DNA of 64,000 nt from Oopsacas minuta. Its lineage: Eukaryota > Animalia > Porifera. Position numbers and translations under genes: made by a program. Shown here one piece after another: positions 44,105 through 55,041 of this stretch (the first letter of the stretch is position 1; each line of letters begins with the position of its first letter). The notes below the pieces were generated by a model. The model was not told the DNA's origin, searched no databases, and was given only the letters and a program-made list of their open reading frames with translations. The DNA is taken from positions 310,001 through 374,000 of the forward strand of contig JAKMXF010000133.1 of the NCBI GenBank assembly GCA_024704765.1. The letters are read 5' to 3'.

Positions 44105-46908
44105 TCAAACAGATTTACCGATTACTTTCATAAGCAGAACCATGCAAATAAACGTAACAAACACAGATAGAATTATACAGAGCTGACATGTACAATGCCA
44201 CTGTCTGTTATAATTCTTAAGCTTGGTGTTACTTGTGACTAATTTAGCTGTATTCCTATCCGTGAGATCATTAGCCATGTGCAGTCTGTTTATATCAGTT
44301 CGTAATACATTACGAGCATGTACAGATAATGATTTAAGCCCTTGAGTCATCTCTTGGAGTTCATTAGCTAATCTGTCTTGTTCAGCTTGATAACCTTCTA
44401 ATGTCCCATGTCTGGGTGATGTAGGCGACTGTGGAGAGGTGGGGCTGGTACAAGAGAGGAGATCGTCAGGGTCTATTAAAATACAAATTAAACATACACA
44501 GCGTAAAATATGCTATAAATCTATCTGGCTAGAAACTAAATTAGCTTGAGATAAGACAACTGGAGAATTTAAGAAAGCAAGAATACAATTTCCCAAGCTA
44601 AGAAGAATCTCCCGAGCAGTCACAATTAATTAAAAGAAAGATTATTCTGATTGAAATGAACTTTTGAGATGTTTTAACGGTAGAACAAAACTAACTATTT
44701 TAATACCGGAAAAATAGATTACGAATTAAATAAATAAATATTTGATATTTGAAGCTAAAAGAAGAAAAATCTTCAGAAATGGATGATTATACCTAAAAGA
44801 ATAAAGGAGAGAAGATAGAGAGAGAATTAACTAGATTATCTAACATGAAATTTAAGAAAAAAGATGAGAGAAAGAAGATTCCAACAAATCACGTATAAGC
44901 TACGTATTCTAGCGTCTAATCTATGATAAGAATATAATTAAGCTAGGGTAGTAGGAGAGATAGAAATCATAGAGAATAGTCTCAGGTAGGAGGGGTTAGA
45001 ACAGAAGGGAAGTGTCTAGAAACGAGATTTGTAAGTAGCAAAGAGGGAATCAGATCCACGTGTGTAATCTCCACTCAGACCGTATCGGGAACTCCCTTCA
45101 TCTCTCCTGGAAACATTGCGGTACAGACGATCTTCTCTATCTCTATCCCTATCTCTATCACGATCACGATCACGATCTGGTGAAGTAGTGTAGATCCTCT
45201 CTAGCTCTCTACGGGAGCGGCGGTCACGGTCATCCAGATAGAGATCAACCAGCGAAGCTTCCTCTCTCTCTATAAGGTCCCTTCCTAGAATCCCCATACG
45301 CTCCGCCTCAGAAAGAGGGATTATTTGATCGTCCTTATCAAGCGGAATCAGACGGCCGGACCGATCCAAGATGAACAGAGGCTCCCCTTTACGTCTAAAC
45401 GGCTCTAGAATATCCATGAATGAGAGAGAACGATATTTGTCCTGATTGTAATATCGTCTAGGAGCTACGTCACTATTACTAGCTGGATCATAGAGGATTG
45501 TTCTCCTCTCATTTACTCCCTCTCCTCGCTCTTTTATCTTCTCCTCTATGTCATCTAGAATAGAACGAAATGCATTGCATACTTCATCATATTTCCCTTT
45601 TATGAAGACAGGTCTCTCGTTAGAGTTTGGTAGAGTATCTCTATCAATTCGGATCTTTGCACCAGTCATTCTTCTGAGATCCTTCACGTGCTCTCCCCCT
45701 TTCCCTAACACAGCCCCCACGTCAGCTTGAGGGACAAGTAGGATGATCTCAGTAGACTCCTTATCTCTCGAGTCCTTGTCTCCCATTTTAGGCAACAGCT
45801 CCGAGAGGATACTCTCCGCTTCTGACGTCACACGGGGCTCGAAACACAGAATCCGCTCAGCTGATTTAACATTAACATTTGGTATGTCAATAGTACAGTC
45901 ATACTTTTTCCTAAGAGCGTTAATATTCTCTCCTGCCCTACCGATAATCAGTCCTACATCCAACTGCTTGATTAGCAAACGGATCTTGCCAGAGAGCTTC
46001 ACCTGAGGTTTAGGTTCACTACGTCTCCGCTTGGGGGAGGGGTCTTGATTGTCTCTGTTCCTCTTCTCACTACGACGCTCCTCACCTTCTCGGTTAAGGG
46101 GAGATACTGGCATCTCCTGCTCGCTATGTACAGACATCTAACAATGCTAAGATTCAACGGAAAGAGAATGTATAAAGATACAACTAATTATCAATCAGAA
46201 TATCAAGATAGACGAGAAAGGAGAAAGATCGGAATATTTAAATAAGGATAATACTACGTACAACTAGAGGTATTTAAGAGTGAAAAGATTTCGAATATAA
46301 TTAGCTCATAAAATGCAAATTGCAAAAAAGGTAACATATTTCCAGATGAAAGATAGTGTAATCTTCAGAAAGGAGATAACTACTATGCTAGAAGACATAG
46401 ATGCACCATTCCAATTTGATAACAGTATATATCTGGTGGACTGGAAACTTTCAATGAGTGTACGAATGTAAAAACGAGAAACACCTCCATCTCAGCATTT
46501 GGTAAACAAATAAACCAGCCATCTTCTAGTAATTAGAACTTAATGTAAGGCAATAATACATAATAATTCTACATCATGATTGGAGATAAAACAATAGCTA
46601 TTAGTTAACATACTGTCAGTCTGAAGATCATCTCCTTTCCGTCTCTGTGCCATCTCCCATCTCTTGAGTGATTCAATCAAAACCTCAACTCGTGGTTTGT
46701 GTAGGAGGACAAATTCACTAGAATTGCTATTATCTCCCCTCTCATCCCTATTTTCTATAAATGATGATAAATGTCTAACAAAAATTGGGATTTTCATAGC
46801 AAGATCTTCTCCAAGAGCCAAAGTCTGACTGTGAGAAGATAAGAGCATAGCTTCACATCTCTCCAGCAAACGAATAAACTTGGTCTCATCTTGTGTGTAG
46901 GGGGGCAT
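44105..46908 (-). CDS. USE1: ER t-SNARE USE1, 2 exons with a ~2.1-kb intron (44473-46613)
   Basis: Exon 1 ETKFIRLLERCEAM...RVEVL ends gac a|gtatgt (phase 1); exon 2 starts taatag|ac cct and reads YQAEQDRLANELQEMTQGLK...LTDRNTAKL...TM anchor, matching the USE1 N-terminus and SNARE/TM end. Confidence 0.8.
45016..46137 (-). CDS. hnRNP K-like KH-domain RNA-binding protein (two KH domains, RD/RE-rich tail), nested in the USE1 intron
   Basis: GLIIGRAGENINALR and GAVLGKGGEHVKDLR KH GxxG loops, followed by ...LYDP as in hnRNP K; DRDRDRDRDRDRE tail; no third KH domain seen. Confidence 0.78.
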   Translation of the reverse strand: MSVHSEQEMPVSPLNREGEERRSEKRNRDNQDPSPKRRRSEPKPQVKLSGKIRLLIKQLDVGLIIGRAGENINALRKKYDCTIDIPNVNVKSAERILCFEPRVTSEAESILSELLPKMGDKDSRDKESTEIILLVPQADVGAVLGKGGEHVKDLRRMTGAKIRIDRDTLPNSNERPVFIKGKYDEVCNAFRSILDDIEEKIKERGEGVNERRTILYDPASNSDVAPRRYYNQDKYRSLSFMDILEPFRRKGEPLFILDRSGRLIPLDKDDQIIPLSEAERMGILGRDLIEREEASLVDLYLDDRDRRSRRELERIYTTSPDRDRDRDRDRDRDREDRLYRNVSRRDEGSSRYGLSGDYTRGSDSLFATYKSRF

Positions 46909-47226
46909 AAATATCTTACAATTATTAACAAATAACTAGTCAATATAAGAAATACGTAGAATAGTTCATGATTGATTCTCGTGTTATAATTCCTAGGAAT
47001 ATATTATATCTGGCAATATAAGGATGTAATATAAGAATAGTAAGGAAAATATTATCTGTTTATTTCGTGAATTTGGTGTAGAGTACTGATCAAGTTACTA
47101 ACAAATCATGATAGGCTTTCATATAGCTTATCTCTTGAAGATAAATAGAAATATAGTATTTGAGATAAATTTGAGGAAAAGTACGTACACGGATCGCTGT
47201 AAAATAATTACGTACGTAATCAGATA

Positions 47227-47345
47227 TAGTGGAACCTGCATAAACCGACACCTGTATAATCCGGAGGCCTGTATAATCTGACAATTTGCTAAACCGACAC
47301 AATTTTCATGTCCCAACGAGTATCGGTTTATACAAGGTTCCACTA
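47227..47345. mobile_element. MITE family B (119 bp, ~25-bp imperfect TIRs, TA flanks)
   Basis: ta|tagtggaacctgcataaaccgacac ... gtatcggtttatacaaggttccacta|ta; internal repeats tgtataatc x2 and taaaccgacac x2. Confidence 0.8.
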
Positions 47346-47375
47346 TAGTATTTGATTCAATATAATATTATTTAG

Positions 47376-48041
47376 ATGTGTTATAGTAAAGTGGTGCTAT
47401 GCTTGGCTCTGACAGTATCAGCTGTTATTTTGATATCCTGTCAGACAGTTGTGAAGGATCCTAATTTTTGTAGTGAATACCAAAACCAAAGCAGTCTATT
47501 TAACAATACAGACCCAGATGTCAGTAACATAATTCTAGGTTTCCAATTGATGACATGGCAGCCGTATGAGGAGAGGGAAGAGAGTCCGTGCGTTTATCTA
47601 ACCGACACACAGAACAGACATATATTCGTTCAGGTGGAGACAAGAGGAGATCTGAGTATTGACATTGAACCTGTATCCGGGAACACTGGTACTGGGGAGA
47701 TAGAGGCGTGCTCACCGAGTACAGTAGGCAATGAGGAAAGACAGTACATATATTTCGTATGTAGACAGTCCTGCTCTACCAGTGGCTTCCCATTTTATTA
47801 CCGTATCATACAAAGTGAGAGCGAGGAGATAGGAAATCTGGAGTATTGGTGTGCGGTTATCCCAAGCGCTCCCAATAACAGATACCCACAGGATATAATT
47901 AATGAACAAGCAGGGGGAACTGCTATTTCCTACTCAATGACCTTTCAGCAAACTCCTGGAAGAATGGGAGGAAATGCAACCGGAATAATCGGCAGTTTAA
48001 GCCTTATTTTAGCGCTGCTGGTTATTAGTGTATTATTTTAA
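47376..48041 (+). CDS. Uncharacterised secreted, probably GPI-anchored Cys-containing protein
   Basis: 221-aa ORF with hydrophobic signal peptide, several Cys and N-glycosylation sequons, and small residues followed by a hydrophobic C-terminal tail. Confidence 0.7.
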   Translation: MCYSKVVLCLALTVSAVILISCQTVVKDPNFCSEYQNQSSLFNNTDPDVSNIILGFQLMTWQPYEEREESPCVYLTDTQNRHIFVQVETRGDLSIDIEPVSGNTGTGEIEACSPSTVGNEERQYIYFVCRQSCSTSGFPFYYRIIQSESEEIGNLEYWCAVIPSAPNNRYPQDIINEQAGGTAISYSMTFQQTPGRMGGNATGIIGSLSLILALLVISVLF

Positions 48042-48212
48042 TAAGGATAGTTAATGTTTGTTTGTGTATGTTAGGAGACTATTGAATGTCTTGGTTAGAA
48101 ATTTGCTTTTATCTTTGTTTACGTGAATGCCTTTTATCATTGTAGTGTAAATTATACTGATTTTATTGTACGTACTAGTGAAATATGTGAGGTAAATGCA
48201 TAATGAGTCTCA

Positions 48213-48268
48213 ACGTCATTGACGTGTAGCAGCCTCCTGTGGACGAGGCTGCTACACGTCAATGATGT
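48213..48268. other. Perfect inverted repeat / hairpin (21-bp stem, 8-nt loop)
   Basis: tcattgacgtgtagcagcctc (48216-48236) pairs perfectly with gaggctgctacacgtcaatga (48245-48265); three further pairs including one G-T. Confidence 0.9.
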
Positions 48269-48463
48269 CACCAAATGGTAGGAGACATATGGGATGTCAC
48301 TTCCATGGATTGACCCCAAGTTTACACCCAGTCTTCAATAATATCGTTCTAGCTAAAATATCTATAATCTACTTGTAAAAATTATTAGATTTATAATACT
48401 TTTTATTCCAGGGAGCTGATAATTGATCATATATATACATTCACAGATTGGGAGATATAATAA

Positions 48464-49351
48464 TCACATTTTACGACATGCACCTTGTGAACCAGTGAAG
48501 AATACGTGTTTTAGTGCCTCATCAGCTGATATTCTAGCTGATGGATTACAGACTAAGTGTTTTTTGAGAAGATTGATACCGAATTCGTCTAGATTCGTCA
48601 CGTGGACTTTTAGGTTAGCAGCTGGGTACATAGGGAACTCCAAATAGTCAGGACATTTTCGCATATCAGGCCAATCAGCCTCAGAAGATGTACCTACCAC
48701 TTTATAGATTCTTTTTAGCTGTTCTTGTACATCGTTACCCGGAAATAACGGACGTCCTCCTTGTGCCATTTCTGCGAAAATGCACCCAGCAGACCACATA
48801 TCAATAGAAGTTTTGTATATTTTAGTACCCATGAGAACATCAGGAGGTCTATACCATAGAGTAACTACTTCTTCTGAGAATTGCTTTACAGGAATACCGA
48901 AACTTCTCGCCAGACCGAAATCAGCTAACTTGAGCTCACCTTTCTTAGTGATTAGCAAATTCTGAGGTTTCAAATCTCTATGAAATATATGCTTAGCGTG
49001 ACAGAACTGCAGGCCGAGAAGAAGTTGATGCATGAATGACTTAACGACTAGTGGGTCCATGTAACTCTTATGACAATCAAAGTATTTCTTAAGATCCTGG
49101 TCACAGTATTCGAATACCATTGTCAATTTCCCATCAGTTACAATAACGTCTTTGATCAATACAATATTTGGATGTTTGAGTTCTTTTAATAAACATACTT
49201 CACGGAGAGCTGAACTAGGTACCCCTTCATCATCCAGGTCCAATCTTACCCTCTTCAAGGCGACTACACTCCCTGTTGTATTATCGAAAGCTTTGTAAAC
49301 AGTTCCATAAGTGCCCTCTCCTATCTTCTCTAGTTTATCATAACGACTCAT
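48464..49351 (-). CDS. CDK5: Cyclin-dependent kinase 5, single exon
   Basis: [17 protein letters not shown] (CDK5-type cyclin-binding helix), [26 protein letters not shown]. Confidence 0.92.
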   Translation of the reverse strand: MSRYDKLEKIGEGTYGTVYKAFDNTTGSVVALKRVRLDLDDEGVPSSALREVCLLKELKHPNIVLIKDVIVTDGKLTMVFEYCDQDLKKYFDCHKSYMDPLVVKSFMHQLLLGLQFCHAKHIFHRDLKPQNLLITKKGELKLADFGLARSFGIPVKQFSEEVVTLWYRPPDVLMGTKIYKTSIDMWSAGCIFAEMAQGGRPLFPGNDVQEQLKRIYKVVGTSSEADWPDMRKCPDYLEFPMYPAANLKVHVTNLDEFGINLLKKHLVCNPSARISADEALKHVFFTGSQGACRKM

Positions 49352-49872
49352 TTCTGTGTTCGAATTTATACAAAATCAAATGAATTATGGAATTTATAGC
49401 TAAATATTCTCTGAATAGGAATTTAATGGTTAAACCAATTAAAATATGAATTATGCGATAGTATAATTTGAGGTAATAATCAGGAGGAAGAATATATTCA
49501 CCAGCGAAGAAATAGAAGCTCGTGGATATGATAAAGTGGTGTTCACCTATTAGCAACGTATTTCTGAGACTTAGAGTCAATTTTGTATTGGATATTATTC
49601 TTCTAATACAAGTTCGGTTATTAGCAAGGGAGATTCGTGCAAAATAGGACTTGCTAATAGGCGAACTCCACTGTATATCGATATCCAAATAGTGGTCTAC
49701 ACAGTATGGCCGGTGAAATGTCAAAATGAGTTCTGCAGTGAATAAAACCTAAAAGAAGCAACATATCAAAGTTAAAAGATATGCCTGATAATGAAATAAG
49801 TGTGTTTGGTTAAACATATGAAATATATAATCGTTACATGAAGGTTGATGTCTTTGATAACAAATGGTTAGT

Positions 49873-52800
49873 TCATTTATCGAGTGAGCTTTCAATTCTT
49901 GCTTGGGTTAAAGGGCATGAAGTTTTCAGTTTTTGTTGATATCTTTTCACCCATGAGGTGTTTGCCCGTACAGCCATAGGGTACAGAGGCTTAATTACAC
50001 CTACACTAGTATATACAGGGGTGTTGTCACGGTTAGGGAGTGTCCTGCTAGGTGGAGGAGGGGTAGGGGATAATGCGTTCTTAATTGGAGCTGTGTAGTG
50101 TCGTGGTGGAGACGGGGGGTAGTATGGGATATCTGGGAGTCCGTGGGAATCTCCTGAAACCTGTAAAAAGAGAAATATTACTGAAATATTATTAATAATA
50201 ATATAGCAGCAATTCTAAAACAGTTAATATACGAATTTCTAAGAGATATTAAAAAGGGGCGTGATAAGTAGGCGTAATATTGAGATATTCGCTATTCATC
50301 AAGTAGTCTATGCATCTATCAGCTGTGCCCAAATAAATAAGCTATGACAATAACTTAATAGAAGTATATTAATAATTCGCACACAGATATACAAAATAAG
50401 AAAACAATATATCAATTGCTTTAAACAGAAATTGTGTATCTACTAACTAAAATGTGTATTTGCTGGAGAGCTAGCTTCACAGCGCTAAGAGTTAAAACTA
50501 GTGAATGAATCATGCAGGAGCTAGTGGGTTATTTAACGAAAGTGAATTCCTTGTACTCATCTTCATCTTTGAAACATTTTACATGCAGCATCACGAATTC
50601 ATACAGGTTCCTCTGAGACCGAAGTAATCTCAGTCCATCTAATCCTGTCTCCTTCAGGTACAGCTGAGCACATAGTGTTTTTAGGGGATATGGCTTTAAT
50701 ATAGCAGGACACGTCTCAAGGAAATCCTTCACTTCTTGGACAGTAGAGTCTAACATGTCAAAGAACATTTTTCCTTCATTATCAACAGTGAACGGATAAG
50801 CACCAGCTGATAGGAGTTCTACACAGGTTGGTATGTCTTTCTTCTTGGCAGCAATGAATAGGGGGGTCTCAGGATCTGTATAGATCAGTCCTCGCTTCCC
50901 TCTATAGCAGAATAACTTCTGGTTGAGTTCAGAGGCGAGATAGAAGAATAAGTCCCGTTTATCTACTGTCGTCATCAACTCAGGATTATGTGATATTACC
51001 TCTGTCAGTAGAGAGAAGCGATCTGCGAATCCTCTCAGCTTGTATAACGAATCATTAATCGACTGCATATAGGCATGCTTCTCTGAAATCATAGAACGAC
51101 TAACCAGTTGATTAAACTTGTAGATGAATACTACTCCAGTAGCACGGATAGGTCCGAATACAGACTGCTGGAATTTGTACAGTCGTCCTGGATCTGTTGA
51201 TGCTGGGCATGCTTCCCTGAGAGCTTTCGATAATGACTCGTATATGAATAAATATTGACGAATAATGAAATCCATCGCGTGCAAATTATCCTTGAAAAAC
51301 TCAAACATTTCCTCATAAGCCTTACGGACATTTGGCAGTTCTTCGTTTATAAATACGTCACAGTTTATTGGCATTGTTATGATAGTTATAACTCTCATCA
51401 AAAGATGGCCAAAACAAACTTCTTTCCACAAATTACACAAGATACCTCCGAGACCCACGGCTGAATGGTCGTCACGTAAAAGATTCACGAGAACACCTTT
51501 GAAACCTGAAATGAGTCCCGAAAATATCTTCGAGTAAGTTTCATCAACAAACATATGAGAGAATCCTAATACGCAATCTAGCACTGTGATGCTGTATAGC
51601 TTTTTCAAATCATCGTTCATATTTTGAATTTGATGGATTTTCCAAGGTTCAGCTAAACAGTCGAGTTTCCCAGCAATTGGTTGATCTGCGATACCAACAT
51701 CAAAGTATGGAATGTGTTTCTCGTATAATAGATTTCGTGTGAAGCTACGCGGCTTATTTAAACAACAGTTTAGGTCATATACTGGTAAGTTTATTCCTGA
51801 CTTAGTTCTGTAAGCTAGTACTTTACTGGCATATCTCTTCTCGTCCTTCTCCAGCATCATTACAAAGAGATAGTAAGCAAGCATTTCAACAGCATTGAAG
51901 TCACATCTGTTTAGAAAATAGTCCCTCAGACTAACTGCACTACCGTCAGGGGCTGTGTATACTCTAGGCCCTGGGGGACCTTCAATAGGTACGATGGGTA
52001 TTTTATGGATATGAGGCTCCCATATGGTTCGTGTAAGCTTGTCCCACATGGCATTATGTAGCTCATTGGTATCAATAATCTCTAGATATGTGGCTAGCTG
52101 GAAAGGACTAAGATGGTTTAAAGGACGAATGAAAGGATTAGCGTTATGAGATAAGAGAGCATCAATCATAGGAATACTCTTCTTATGGATAGCTGAATGT
52201 AAAGCTACATGTCTCTGACATATCTCATCTGGATCTGAACCAGTGGTAAGTGCTTGTAACAAATCAGCTGTATCGTCAGCTGATTTAGATTTGTATAAGG
52301 CACGGAATAATGGTGATAAGACGTCAACATACTGGAGGAGACGGTCAGGCATTTGAGCGGCCATAATATTCCAGAAAATATTTGAAAAATTATATCAATC
52401 AGAATGGGTAATAGATACAGTAATAATAATAATAATAAATATTGAATTAAGAGATTAGTATTGTGGAAGATTTATAAGTTATACTATGCATATTGTATTG
52501 GATCAGTTCTCTGCAACTTGAGCTTTACTAATAATTGTGTAATTGCAAATTAGACAATAATAAAAAGAGAATATACTTACCATTGGTTTGTTAATAGGTG
52601 ATAATTTTTGAGTCCTTTTAGGTGGAAATGTAGCGAAGAACTTACTGCTTTTGCTGGGACCAGGAGTAACATGCTGGTAATAATCTAATGCAGAGAAAAC
52701 GTGTGAAAAATTCGGCCCTGGTTTATCAGGAGAATTCGGTAAAGTTGCGTATCGTGAGTTCTCCTGAAGTTTGAGAGATGTGTCCCAGATAAATAGCTCT

Positions 52801-52997
52801 GAAGCTGTTCTCAATGTATTCCTGTTTGGTTTATTAGCAGAGGCACGACGAGCAATTGGTTTACGTTTAATATAATTTTTAATGGACCAGCCATCTTCTA
52901 GTATCTCAAACTCAGAGGGAGGAGTTTCATTTCCTGAATATTCGTCGAAAAGACGGGGTTGTACACTTTTCATCTCACGCACTACTCTAGTATTCAT
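49873..52997 (-). CDS. Uncharacterised Pro/Ser-rich protein, probably 2 exons (52581-52997 and 49873-50160), about 234 aa
   Basis: Donor cca atg|gtaagt at 52581 and acceptor ttttacag|gtt tca at 50160 are both phase 0; the downstream exon is open for 95 codons (VSGDSHGLPDIPYYPPSPP...SSLDK*). No family recognised. Confidence 0.5.
50529..52364 (-). CDS. Ankyrin-repeat protein with a Fem-1-like C-terminal BC/VHL-box-like end
   Basis: Ankyrin-like repeats at both ends (ALHSAIHKKSIPMIDALLSHNANP; TPLFIAAKKKDIPTCVELLSAGAYP) and C-terminal PYPLKTLCAQL...LYEFVMLH resembling Fem-1 (TLQCLAA...LEAFIELH). Confidence 0.6.
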   Translation of the reverse strand: MAAQMPDRLLQYVDVLSPLFRALYKSKSADDTADLLQALTTGSDPDEICQRHVALHSAIHKKSIPMIDALLSHNANPFIRPLNHLSPFQLATYLEIIDTNELHNAMWDKLTRTIWEPHIHKIPIVPIEGPPGPRVYTAPDGSAVSLRDYFLNRCDFNAVEMLAYYLFVMMLEKDEKRYASKVLAYRTKSGINLPVYDLNCCLNKPRSFTRNLLYEKHIPYFDVGIADQPIAGKLDCLAEPWKIHQIQNMNDDLKKLYSITVLDCVLGFSHMFVDETYSKIFSGLISGFKGVLVNLLRDDHSAVGLGGILCNLWKEVCFGHLLMRVITIITMPINCDVFINEELPNVRKAYEEMFEFFKDNLHAMDFIIRQYLFIYESLSKALREACPASTDPGRLYKFQQSVFGPIRATGVVFIYKFNQLVSRSMISEKHAYMQSINDSLYKLRGFADRFSLLTEVISHNPELMTTVDKRDLFFYLASELNQKLFCYRGKRGLIYTDPETPLFIAAKKKDIPTCVELLSAGAYPFTVDNEGKMFFDMLDSTVQEVKDFLETCPAILKPYPLKTLCAQLYLKETGLDGLRLLRSQRNLYEFVMLHVKCFKDEDEYKEFTFVK

Positions 52998-53233
52998 TCA
53001 CAACCTTGTGTAGCCCAGAATAGTGAGACCTATCATATAAATACGATACAGAAGTGTCCTTAAAATAAATTTATACCCAGTTTTGCATTCACAAACTTTG
53101 GAAATTATAAACAGTAGACAATGTATAGTTACATCGCTACCGTTAATTTTACAAGGTTTCACAGATAATTTCCTAAACAATTAAATAGAGTAATATAATA
53201 ATGTCAAATGTATTTACACACACACACACACTG

Positions 53234-53683
53234 CTACTTTGTCCTGAGTATAATGTGGATACCAGAATCAGTATCCACAGGTTGACTAAGCTCTCCCACT
53301 TCCAAAGCATAAGTAGCATCTTCAAAAGGTTTTTGCATTGCTCCTCGGCCAAATTCACCTAAATCCCCGCCATTTTTCGCACTGCCACAATCACTCTCAA
53401 GTTTTGCAATCATCGCAAAATCTTCCCCATTCACTATCCGCTCGCGAAATTCTTTAATCATTTTCAAAGCTTCTGCCTTGCTCCTGGTGATGGTAGCTTG
53501 TTTCCAGGAGCTAGGTCTCCTGGACTTGTTATGTTTCGCTAGTATGTGAGAAGCGCGAACATTATCAGGTTTAGGACGTTCCCATCTACTCTCCTTTGTA
53601 TTAGTATTATAATAATAAGGCTTGTCGTTACTGCGAGATGTCTTAACTACCCACCCAGGAGGGAGATCCTCATTGCTAGCCAT
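53234..53683 (-). CDS. PIN1: Peptidyl-prolyl isomerase PIN1 (WW + parvulin), single exon
   Basis: LPPGW...[15 protein letters not shown]; [17 protein letters not shown]; [13 protein letters not shown]; MQKPFEDA; DTDSGIHII. Confidence 0.97.
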   Translation of the reverse strand: MASNEDLPPGWVVKTSRSNDKPYYYNTNTKESRWERPKPDNVRASHILAKHNKSRRPSSWKQATITRSKAEALKMIKEFRERIVNGEDFAMIAKLESDCGSAKNGGDLGEFGRGAMQKPFEDATYALEVGELSQPVDTDSGIHIILRTK

Positions 53684-53967
53684 TTGCCTAATTAATATAT
53701 ATCACTATTCGAATATTATGTATTATAATGTAGTAATTGTCTAATTTAGAATTTAAGATGGTTGTCATGTGACTAGGTCAAGCAGCGCCTTTCCACGTAG
53801 CATTATGTTAATTATAATAATACCGTGTGACACAATCTTAATATTGATGATAGGTAGGTGATTAGGTTTATATTGGTAATTTCCAGATTATTCTCTAACT
53901 TATAAAAGGGAGACAAATCAGATAATTTATTGTATCTTATTTTAAATTATATATTACAAGTACAAGT

Positions 53968-55041
53968 ATGTTGACCTGGCTTGCAAAAGTTACCTTGGTA
54001 TTAGCACTAATCGCAGTCAGAGTATTTCCTGTTAACTCAGTAACGCCAAACAGATACCAAATTGATTTGGACAAACAGCCCGAAGAACGTTGGAAAGAAA
54101 TAGCCATTGATTACAAATATCAAATAAAAACCGTAATCGCTGATATATTGGAATTATTTCAAGTATCGAACAAATCAATACAACTCGTAACAATTATAGC
54201 AGACAATCTAGAGTTTTATCTCCCAACAGAAATAGCAAGAGAAATACATGGCCTATCAGCTTATAGCGGAATACCATTAGGAGAACTCCTGATATACAAC
54301 ATACTACACGAGATCACGTCATTCTGCACTAGCATTGTAGTTGAAGATGAATACGGGGCAATTATTCATGGAAGGAACTTAGATTTCGGTATGACAAACT
54401 CATTGAAAGATTCCGTTATTATCGTAGATGTAACACGCTATAGTGACGTAGTGTGTACTGGTATAACGTATGCTGGGTATGTAGGATTATTTACTGGGGT
54501 TAAACAGGATGCATTTAGTCTAAGTGCAAACGATAGATATAGTGGAGATCTGTTAGAGAACATTCTAGAACTTCTCCTGAATAGACAGGGGAAATTCGTA
54601 GGACTAGTAATGAGGGAATTACTACAGAGTGATACAGCAGTTTATAGAGAAGCACTTTTAGAATTACAAACTGTAGAACTGATAGCCCCGTGTTACGTCA
54701 TTTTAGGAGGCGTGAGTCCTGGAGAAGGAGCTGTAATCACAAGAGGGAGAGAAGGAGAAATCGATGTACGCTTCATAGATACGGATAACAACAAATGGTA
54801 TGTGCTAGAGACAAACTATGACTGGTGGAATCCTCCAGGAGATAATCGTAGAGCAGCTGCAATACAGGCTCTAGAGTCAGCAGGAAGAAAGAAAATGACG
54901 GGACATGGTCTCTATCAAGTCCTATCTACACCTTATGTATGTAACAATCTTACTACATTTACAGCCATAATGTCTGCAGGCATCGCTAAAGAGTTCAACG
55001 TGATTATAAGGGAGGAAGATACGAAATGTGTGCATGTGTAG
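53968..55041 (+). CDS. NAAA/acid ceramidase-like Ntn-hydrolase, copy 1
   Basis: Signal peptide; FCTSIVV (catalytic Cys), IHGRNLDF, YAGYVGLFTG, LETNYDWW. Confidence 0.87.
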   Translation: MLTWLAKVTLVLALIAVRVFPVNSVTPNRYQIDLDKQPEERWKEIAIDYKYQIKTVIADILELFQVSNKSIQLVTIIADNLEFYLPTEIAREIHGLSAYSGIPLGELLIYNILHEITSFCTSIVVEDEYGAIIHGRNLDFGMTNSLKDSVIIVDVTRYSDVVCTGITYAGYVGLFTGVKQDAFSLSANDRYSGDLLENILELLLNRQGKFVGLVMRELLQSDTAVYREALLELQTVELIAPCYVILGGVSPGEGAVITRGREGEIDVRFIDTDNNKWYVLETNYDWWNPPGDNRRAAAIQALESAGRKKMTGHGLYQVLSTPYVCNNLTTFTAIMSAGIAKEFNVIIREEDTKCVHV

